DNA from: an uncultured candidate division Zixibacteria bacterium
GTDB lineage: Bacteria; Zixibacteria; MSB-5A5; UBA10806; 4484-95
Direction of reading: 5' to 3'
Assembly (NCBI GenBank): GCA_963668625.2
Contig: CAXXKA010000006.1
Span: 608,001 to 672,000, forward strand
DNA: 64,000 nucleotides
Part shown: positions 56,919 to 64,000 of the stretch, piece after piece
How positions within the stretch are numbered: position 1 is the stretch's first letter
Layout: each line of letters starts with the position of its first letter
Position numbers and translations under genes: made by a program
Notes under the pieces: generated by a model
Seen by the model: the letters and a program-made list of their open reading frames with translations, nothing else
Told to the model about the DNA's origin: nothing
The model's database searches: none

Positions 56919-57896
56919 ATGAAAATATCTATCGCAGGAAATACGACATTCGCTTACTATTGCGCGGAGAAACTCTGTCGGGAGGGGATTAAAGTTGATG
57001 AGGTTTTTATACCCGAAAAAGGCGGCAATTATTTATTCGATTTTGTCGATTTCAAAAACTTGAGTGGCGAGTTCGATGTTAAGCTCATCAAACTTCCTCA
57101 AAATAAAACCAAAGAGTTTAAAACCGATCTACTGATAAATCTCGAATGGCCTTTGAAACTCGAACTACCGGTTAAAGCTAAGCTGGGATCGATAGGTTCC
57201 AACATGCGAGGGCAGTTCGATCGAGATTACCTGTTGGATATTGCCGCCGATATTTACAATGGCAAAAATAAAATGGAATTACAGCTGCTGTGGGAGAAAG
57301 ATGAATTGGAGCCGGGCGCGGCCGCTATCGACTACGAGCCGCCGTTTTTCAAAGTCATATCCTCACATTCGATAGAGATCAACCATCTGGACGATTTGAG
57401 ATCGGCTAAAACCAAAGCGATAACCGGTTATTTCAAACTTCTCACAAAATCTTTGAAGTATATAAACATTAATCAGGAGATACCCAGGCCTACCAATAGT
57501 GAGTTATCGATAAGCAGAGTCAAAGTCGATAAGCTGATAGACTGGAATAAAGGCGCAATATATTTGCACAATCTCGTTCGTTCTTTAACTCATCCGGGAC
57601 CCGGAGCGTATACGTTGTTCGGAGAGACCTCGACGAAAATCTGGCGAGGCCATTATTTCGAGCTGTCCGAATCCGATCATGATAATATTCAGCCTGGAAC
57701 TATCCTCGATATCATTGAGGAAGTAGGGCTGATCGTTAAAACCGGTCATGGCTCGTTCTTGGTAACGCGCGTACAATCGTCGGGCTCGCCAGAATTGCCT
57801 GCCTGGGTTTGGGCCGATCGCGAACATGTAAATTACGGCGACAAATTTGTGATGGAATATATCGAGCATAAGACCGAACCCGCGAGAGGTCATTAA
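56919..57896 (+). CDS. Formyltransferase-fold protein (degenerate N-domain, Formyl_trans_C)
   Basis: Fmt-like N-terminus; IDWN....HNLVRSL..P.PGAYT; no N.H.S.LP motif. Confidence 0.7.
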   Translation: MKISIAGNTTFAYYCAEKLCREGIKVDEVFIPEKGGNYLFDFVDFKNLSGEFDVKLIKLPQNKTKEFKTDLLINLEWPLKLELPVKAKLGSIGSNMRGQFDRDYLLDIAADIYNGKNKMELQLLWEKDELEPGAAAIDYEPPFFKVISSHSIEINHLDDLRSAKTKAITGYFKLLTKSLKYININQEIPRPTNSELSISRVKVDKLIDWNKGAIYLHNLVRSLTHPGPGAYTLFGETSTKIWRGHYFELSESDHDNIQPGTILDIIEEVGLIVKTGHGSFLVTRVQSSGSPELPAWVWADREHVNYGDKFVMEYIEHKTEPARGH

Positions 57897-57898
57897 TT

Positions 57899-58126
57899 AT
57901 GTCAAGACTTCGTATTAACAAAAATATCGAGAGGACTGGACGTGAACAGGTAAAACTCGAATCTCGATTCGAACTTAACGTCCCCGGAACCGGCCGTCTG
58001 AGGACGAGCTGTAATCACGATAATTTTCACAAGGTCGTGAGACGGTTTCATGTCGTGTATGGAACGCGAAATGTTCCGGAAAATGTCGAGATCAAAGAGA
58101 CAATCAAACAGGGTGTATATGAGTAA
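57899..58126 (+). CDS. Hypothetical 75-aa protein
   Basis: Fills the gap, starting 2 nt after the previous stop and overlapping the next start; no recognisable motif. Confidence 0.35.
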   Translation: MSRLRINKNIERTGREQVKLESRFELNVPGTGRLRTSCNHDNFHKVVRRFHVVYGTRNVPENVEIKETIKQGVYE

Positions 58127-58649
58127 ATGGAAATCTCACGGTGATGGCCGTGACTATAATGAAAAGCTAAAATCAATTGGCAAGGATGTCGTAATCGAGG
58201 ACGGAGTGCGATTGTATTTTCCTGAAAATATCGAGCTCGGCAATGACGTATATATCGGGCATGATACGATACTCAAAGCATATTTCGATAAAAAACTGAT
58301 AGTCGGAAATGGTACCTGGATCGGCCCGCAATGCTTCTTATATGCCTCCGGAGGTATTACAATCGGCGAGAATGTCGGGATAGGTCCCGGTGTTAAGATA
58401 ATGTCATCCGCACATATTACCAAACAGGCGCCCGGCCCGATACTTCATAGGCCGATAGAACACTCGGCAGTCGAACTCGCGGATGGTTGTGATATCGGCG
58501 CCGGCAGCATTATCCTGATGGGAGTACGAATAGGCAAAGGCGTTCAGGTAGGCGCCGGCGCGGTAGTAACAATGGATATCCCGGATTACTCGGTAGCCGC
58601 CGGTGTACCGGCAAGAATAATAAAAGCCCCCGAAAACGCGATGGTATAA
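58119..58649 (+). CDS. Hexapeptide-repeat acyltransferase
   Basis: GGITIGENVGIGPGV, IGKGVQVGAGAVVT.DIP..SVAAGVPAR; ATG 58119 preferred. Confidence 0.9.
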   Translation: MSKWKSHGDGRDYNEKLKSIGKDVVIEDGVRLYFPENIELGNDVYIGHDTILKAYFDKKLIVGNGTWIGPQCFLYASGGITIGENVGIGPGVKIMSSAHITKQAPGPILHRPIEHSAVELADGCDIGAGSIILMGVRIGKGVQVGAGAVVTMDIPDYSVAAGVPARIIKAPENAMV

Positions 58650-58652
58650 ACA

Positions 58653-59165
58653 ATGAAAAATCAAAAATTTAGTCAGAACACCAATGGTCGAAAAGCCGGC
58701 GTACAGAGCAGATTCAATTACGAGAAATTCATGCAACTGGCGCAAAACAGTTTCAATGTTAAAAAGTATTCGCGCGCGGCCGATAATTGCCGCCTGGCGG
58801 CGAATTTCGCCATGGCTCAAAATAATACTCGGGGAGCGGCCGAGTCATATCAACTGTGGATAAAATCCTTATTGAATCTGGGCAAACCCGCTGATGTCAA
58901 GAAGGTTTGTTGTGACGCAAGGAGCAAATTCGGCAATCATCCCGACCTGGTATACTACGAATATTTGTCCGCGCTCGATATAGGGGATAAAATAATCGCC
59001 GCCAAACTGGCTAGAGAATATATAGAGCTGACTAAAGAGATAGTAATTAACGAAAATTCGATTTTCGTTGATAATATAGATAAGCTCGATGAGGTGATAA
59101 GCAATTTGAATAACATTCGAACCGAGAAAATACCGGTAAGCCAAAGCCAGGAGATGGAGCATTAA
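58653..59165 (+). CDS. Hypothetical TPR-like helical protein
   Basis: Ala-rich helical repeats; co-linear within the glycosylation island. Confidence 0.6.
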   Translation: MKNQKFSQNTNGRKAGVQSRFNYEKFMQLAQNSFNVKKYSRAADNCRLAANFAMAQNNTRGAAESYQLWIKSLLNLGKPADVKKVCCDARSKFGNHPDLVYYEYLSALDIGDKIIAAKLAREYIELTKEIVINENSIFVDNIDKLDEVISNLNNIRTEKIPVSQSQEMEH

Positions 59166-59166
59166 G

Positions 59167-61965
59167 ATGGCTAAGAAAAAACGTAATGTGAACATAAATG
59201 AATTATATAAAATCATGAATGATGCCAACTCGTATTTCGAGCAGGGTAAGTATGATGTCGTTATTTCACTGTGTGAAACCGCTTTAAATGATTACACCGA
59301 AACGGCCGAAAAGCATGTGCTGGCCAAGATATATTTTACCTGGGTGTTATCCCAGATGCGTAAAAATGATTATGCCCCGATTAACGATATTATCTGCCGG
59401 GCTAAAAATGATATCGGTGAATATCTGGATTTGACTTTCATGCAGGTAATGTCCGCGTACGGTAGCCAGGAATGGCAGAATACGATCCATTGGGCGGAAA
59501 AATACCTGAGCGAACACGAACAGGCTGATCCCGCCGAAAAAAGCTACTTGAAACAAAGCTATAACTCGATCGACGAGGTTTTGTGGCTTGGGGGTGAAGC
59601 GGCTAAAAATATCGGTGATCTCGATAAGACAATCGAGATGATGGGAAAGGCCGTAAGCTATAATCCACTAAACCACCTTCACCGGGTTGAATTCGCCTCT
59701 CTGACCGCCAAAAACGGAAAATCGAATCAAGCGATGAAAATTCTCGATGAGGGGATCGAACTTTTTCCAAATCAGGTTGCCTTGAAAAACGCTAAGGGCT
59801 ACATGATGGGCGAACTGCGGATGTACGAGGAGGCAGAGCAGTATATATCGGAACTCTTGAAACAGTATCCTGACGATACCGATGCCAACAACAACCTGGG
59901 AGTGATTTACGATTCCCAGGGTAAGTATGATCTGGCCATGGAACAGTTCGAAAAAGTTTTGCAGGTCGAACCACAAAATCCAACGGCCAAAGAAAATCTC
60001 GAGAATTTGCGAAACACGGTCGAGGAAAAATACCAGACTATAAGCGCCGCTATGATAGTTAAGGATGAGGAAAATTTCCTGCCTCAATGCCTCGATAGCA
60101 TTAAAGACCTGGTCGATGAAATAATCATAGTCGATACCGGCTCCACCGATAGAACCATGGAGATAGCCCGTGAGTACGGGGCTAAAATATACGAACATCC
60201 CTGGGAAAACGATTTCTCATTGCACCGGAACCAGTCGATAGACTACGCCACCGGAGACTGGATATTAATTATTGACGCTGACGAGGAATTGAAAACCGAG
60301 GAACACGCCACGATAAGGCAGGCAATCAAACGCAAGGATGTTACCTCGATATCGTTCGTCGTTTACAATAAAATCCAGATGGGGCGTATCGGCTTTTTGA
60401 ACTCTCACAGGATGTTCAGGAACGGTTTAGGATTCAAATACCACGGTATCGTCCATAATCAACTGGTGGTCGAGGGCAAAACCTTGATGAGTCAGTTTAA
60501 AGTTATTCATCATGGTTACGGTCTTTCCGAGGAACAAATGGAGAAGAAAGGGAGACGCTCGGAGGCGCTTTTATTGAAACAGTTGGAGAAAAACCCGGAA
60601 CTGGTTTTTCCACATTTCAACCTGGCGCAAATTTATCGCGGCCTGGGTGAACCCGATAAAAGCCTCGAACACTCCAAATTCGTCGTGGACAATATCTCCG
60701 TAAGCGATTTGGATCATCGCCACGTAAGGCTAATGGCTATGGATCAGATGGGTTGCGCATATATAGGTATGGATAAATTCGAGGAAGCGGAAAGTGTTTT
60801 TAATGAAGCACTGACACTTCGTGATGATTATCTCGATCCGATGTTCAATATGGGCTTCATGTTCATGCGCCAGAGAAGGTATGAGGATGCCGAGAGGATA
60901 TTCAAACAATATTTGAATGCCCGCGATGATTACCGCCCGGAAAACGAGTGGATGGGTTTGATCCTGAATAACTTAAGCAGTCAATTCGCGGTTTACTACG
61001 CCCTGGGATTTATCGAATTTCTTAGAAATGATATCGATAAAGCCCTGGAATTATTCTTGAAATCCTACGAATTGACCGAAAATTTCGAATTTCTTCATCA
61101 TTTAATAGCCAGATGTTATCGAGAAAAAGGTATGTTCGATAAATCCTTAGAACATTGCGAAAAAGCCATTGAGACCAACAATGAGGATATCGAGATCAGG
61201 ATGATACAGGGGGAATCGTATCTCAACCTGAACAATGCCGAAAAAGCCCGTGAATGTTTTAATCGCGCCCTAGAACTCGATCCTGAAAACGAAAGCGCCA
61301 GGCTCGGTCTTATCGGCGCGGACTCATTAGATAGCAATCCCGAGGAGTTGTTGAAAGCGATTAACGATTTCCTCGAAAAATCTCCCAACTCTCCGCAGGG
61401 ATTAGTATCTAAAGGAGATGTACAATTCGATATGGGCGATTACTCCGACGCCAAACATTCTTATCAGGATGCGGCGCTGAAATATCCCGATGATTATAAA
61501 ATCTTGAATAATCTTGGCAATTGTTTCTTGAAAGAGAAGAATTTTGCCTCGGCCGAGGTTTATTATTTGATGGCCTTGCAAAGGAATAAGGATTTCTTCC
61601 CCGGGTATCGCAATCTGGCTATTACATTAATTAACCAGGAACGGTTCGAGGATGCCGCGGATTATCTGGAGTATTATGTCAGAAATAATCCCGGCGATAG
61701 CGAAATATACGCGACTCTCGGTGACATCTATTATAAGAGTAAAAATTATACCAAAGCGGTCGGCCAGTTCGAAAAGTACATTAACGCGTTTCCATCCAAT
61801 ATGGACGCCATAATTCGTTTATCGGACTGTTATTTCAATCTTGGTAAATTAAAGGCGGCCGCGGCAGGCTATAAAGCGGTATTGGTAAAGCAGCCCTCCA
61901 ATGAAATTGCCGCAAATAGATTGAAAGAATTAAACACTTTTTTGAAACCGGTTGAATCGCAATAG
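59167..61965 (+). CDS. TPR-GT2-TPR glycosyltransferase (probable flagellin glycosyltransferase)
   Basis: ISAAMIVKDEE, VDTGSTD, DFS..RN, IDADE, HHGY flanked by many TPRs; adjacent to flagellin. Confidence 0.9.
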   Translation: MAKKKRNVNINELYKIMNDANSYFEQGKYDVVISLCETALNDYTETAEKHVLAKIYFTWVLSQMRKNDYAPINDIICRAKNDIGEYLDLTFMQVMSAYGSQEWQNTIHWAEKYLSEHEQADPAEKSYLKQSYNSIDEVLWLGGEAAKNIGDLDKTIEMMGKAVSYNPLNHLHRVEFASLTAKNGKSNQAMKILDEGIELFPNQVALKNAKGYMMGELRMYEEAEQYISELLKQYPDDTDANNNLGVIYDSQGKYDLAMEQFEKVLQVEPQNPTAKENLENLRNTVEEKYQTISAAMIVKDEENFLPQCLDSIKDLVDEIIIVDTGSTDRTMEIAREYGAKIYEHPWENDFSLHRNQSIDYATGDWILIIDADEELKTEEHATIRQAIKRKDVTSISFVVYNKIQMGRIGFLNSHRMFRNGLGFKYHGIVHNQLVVEGKTLMSQFKVIHHGYGLSEEQMEKKGRRSEALLLKQLEKNPELVFPHFNLAQIYRGLGEPDKSLEHSKFVVDNISVSDLDHRHVRLMAMDQMGCAYIGMDKFEEAESVFNEALTLRDDYLDPMFNMGFMFMRQRRYEDAERIFKQYLNARDDYRPENEWMGLILNNLSSQFAVYYALGFIEFLRNDIDKALELFLKSYELTENFEFLHHLIARCYREKGMFDKSLEHCEKAIETNNEDIEIRMIQGESYLNLNNAEKARECFNRALELDPENESARLGLIGADSLDSNPEELLKAINDFLEKSPNSPQGLVSKGDVQFDMGDYSDAKHSYQDAALKYPDDYKILNNLGNCFLKEKNFASAEVYYLMALQRNKDFFPGYRNLAITLINQERFEDAADYLEYYVRNNPGDSEIYATLGDIYYKSKNYTKAVGQFEKYINAFPSNMDAIIRLSDCYFNLGKLKAAAAGYKAVLVKQPSNEIAANRLKELNTFLKPVESQ

Positions 61966-61996
61966 GTTAACAATTCACCTTGAAACCCTATAACGC

Positions 61997-62023
61997 TAAA
62001 ATTTTTTCGCATTATGTCGAAAT
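61997..62023 (+). promoter_or_regulatory. sigma28 promoter of flagellin
   Basis: TAAA-N15-GTCGAAAT. Confidence 0.7.
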
Positions 62024-62123
62024 ATATAAGGAAATAGTATTTGTAAGAAAACGCAGTATACAAAAGGAGGTGGAGAGACAATTATTTCCTGCGAGACACT
62101 CGCAGTAATTTAACTTCGCAAAA

Positions 62124-62160
62124 GCAAACAATGGACGTTTGCAGACTATTTTCAAGGAGG
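62124..62160 (+). promoter_or_regulatory. CsrA-binding sites in the flagellin leader
   Basis: Hairpin GCAAAC-AATGGAC-GTTTGC with ANGGA in the loop; second AAGGA in the SD. Confidence 0.75.
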
Positions 62161-62167
62161 AACTTAA

Positions 62168-64000
62168 ATGGCGTTAAGAATTAACCACAACATCACAGCC
62201 TTGGATGCCTGGAGAAACTTGACAGAAACTACACGTAAGATGTCAAGTACCATGGAGAAACTTTCCTCAGGTTATCGTGTAAATAGGGCTTCTGATGATC
62301 CGGCAGGCTTGGTGATTTCGGAACAGTTCCGCGCTCAGATCGCAGGTTTGAACCGCGCGGTCCAGAACTCAGAGGGATCGATCAATATGATCCAGACCGC
62401 TGAGGGCGCTCTGAACGAAATCAACAACCTTCTGGTTTCTATGAGAGAGTTGGCCATTCACGCGGCTAACGAAGGTTTCAACGATGACGATCAGTTGGCA
62501 GCCGACCAGGCTGAGATAACCAACGCGATCAGCACCATCACTCGTATCGCGCAGAACACCCAGTTCGGTACGAAGAAGTTACTCGATGGTTCGACGGCAA
62601 ACTCCGCCGTTATTACCAGCGCTAATACTTCTAATGTCAACCTGAGTGATTCTCAGTTGGAAGATGGTGTACATAGCGTGACCGCGGTTCAGTTAACCGA
62701 ATCCTCAGCCTCAATCGATTCAACCACTTTCGGTCTCTCGAACCCGACCGGTCCGTATAACCTGACAGACGGCGTTCATGATCTCGATGTTATTCAGGCC
62801 TCGAGCGGCGCCGTTAAAACAGGCGACGCGATAAGCGCTCTGGATGCCTGGGGTAACGGTATTTCCATTACCGGTACAGCCGCCTCCGTTAGAGAGGGCA
62901 AAATCGCCGCTACTACCGGTATGACAAGTGTAGCTAATAGCGTACAGCACACGATCACTTTCCAGGTTAACTTCCAGGAAATGGGTTCGAACGCTGTTGG
63001 TATGCAGACTATCTCTATTCGTACCGACGCTGTGGCATCCGCTGACCTGGTCGCTAATATAGCCTCCAAATTAAACGATGCTATCAATTCGAATACCTAC
63101 CTGGCCGGTAAGGTATATGCCACCTCGACTAACAATGCAGGCGCTGATACGATGACTCTGCGTACCACCAACACCGGTACCCAGTATTCGATCGCTGTTG
63201 GCAGCGTAACCGCTACCAACGCCAGTATCAATACCGCTTTGTCGAGTCTGGCCAACCAGAACGACCGTGGCCGTTCGGATAACGATCTGTCGATCACCGC
63301 TCAGTTCGCTTCGAGTTCGACCCTTATCGATGCGTTCACTCGTACCGAAACATTCGCTATCGGTTCGGGTACGTTCAACACCTTGAGCGCCCTGGTTGCC
63401 ACTATCAACGCTAAGCTTACTCTGGACTCGGTATTCGGTACATACAATGATACCACTACCGGTGAAGCTCAGAAAGTTTACGCCACGGTAGTCGCTGCCG
63501 GTGGACAGAATTACATGAAACTCTTCACTTCAGATCAAGGCTCCAAGTTCTCGTTGAAAGTCAACGCGACCGGTGGTACCGCGACTGATTTGAACAATGT
63601 TCTCGGCCTCTCCGTCGATAGTATTGCCAACACCGGTACGGATGCGATCATTCGTTTCGATGGTTACAACAACACCATCAACGATGTTCGTTACTTCTAT
63701 ACCGATTCGGCTTACGATCAGAGGAGCACGCTCTATACCTCGGCTGATACCACCTCGAGGGGTTCGGTAACAATCGATAGAGCCGCCGGCCAGACTAACG
63801 GAGGTATCAATGTCGGCAGTATGCTTCTGAGCGTTAACGCCAGAACATTCGCTGTTCAGCTTGATGGCGGTAATCAAACCGTTGTTACTGCCGGTAAAGA
63901 ATCCACCGTGTTCAACTCTCAGCAAGACCAGTCGATCAAGGTCAGGTACGCGCTTAACTCTGACGGTGGAACCGAGCAACTCTTCGTTACCGATCAGTCA
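62168..64000 (+). CDS. fliC: Flagellin (over 600 aa, 3'-truncated; absent from the ORF track)
   Basis: Manual translation MALRINHNITALDAWRNL...EKLSSGYRVNRASDDPAGLVISEQFRAQI...IQTAEGAL...TQFGTKKLLDGS. Confidence 0.95.
   Translation, partial: MALRINHNITALDAWRNLTETTRKMSSTMEKLSSGYRVNRASDDPAGLVISEQFRAQIAGLNRAVQNSEGSINMIQTAEGALNEINNLLVSMRELAIHAANEGFNDDDQLAADQAEITNAISTITRIAQNTQFGTKKLLDGSTANSAVITSANTSNVNLSDSQLEDGVHSVTAVQLTESSASIDSTTFGLSNPTGPYNLTDGVHDLDVIQASSGAVKTGDAISALDAWGNGISITGTAASVREGKIAATTGMTSVANSVQHTITFQVNFQEMGSNAVGMQTISIRTDAVASADLVANIASKLNDAINSNTYLAGKVYATSTNNAGADTMTLRTTNTGTQYSIAVGSVTATNASINTALSSLANQNDRGRSDNDLSITAQFASSSTLIDAFTRTETFAIGSGTFNTLSALVATINAKLTLDSVFGTYNDTTTGEAQKVYATVVAAGGQNYMKLFTSDQGSKFSLKVNATGGTATDLNNVLGLSVDSIANTGTDAIIRFDGYNNTINDVRYFYTDSAYDQRSTLYTSADTTSRGSVTIDRAAGQTNGGINVGSMLLSVNARTFAVQLDGGNQTVVTAGKESTVFNSQQDQSIKVRYALNSDGGTEQLFVTDQS

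Noticed and set aside
62110-62145. c-di-GMP-I riboswitch in the flagellin leader (GCAAA/GCAAAC motifs)
   Set aside because: Lacks the GNRA-tetraloop/receptor two-stem architecture; better explained as a CsrA hairpin.
1654-63979. Numerous minus-strand ORFs in the track (e.g. 5434-6066, 15336-16040, 43075-43641, 54814-55479, 62720-63979)
   Set aside because: All lie antisense to well-supported + strand genes and show no recognisable motifs.

Overview
This window is an almost complete + strand flagellar gene supercluster from a diderm bacterium. The PNPFN...KMLLIK sorting domains suggest an FCB-related lineage such as Zixibacteria; that assignment is inference. Gene order: motB 3' end, flgBC-fliEFGHIJ, motE-like-fliK-flgD-flgE-flbD-fliLMNOPQ, an 8.6-kb insert, fliR-flhBAFG-fliA, a PilZ/receiver/kinase block, fapA, flgFGAHIJNK-csrA-flgL-fliW, a glycosylation island and a flagellin truncated by the window end. 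Four sigma54 promoters share a paired upstream palindrome, and there are several sigma28-like promoters. The most striking element is the insert between fliQ and fliR (about 17537-26159). It is a three-unit tandem array in which each unit pairs a small secreted Cys-containing protein with a large FG-GAP/T9SS-CTD protein. Highly variable AT-rich cores alternate with near-identical constant blocks (CTD + promoter/leader + signal peptide), and a position-conserved but sequence-unrelated hairpin separates the two genes. Unit 3 carries an IS110 element inserted in the large gene's Shine-Dalgarno sequence. Its upstream non-coding end has readable bridge-RNA-like guides matching the donor junction and the AAGGAG target.
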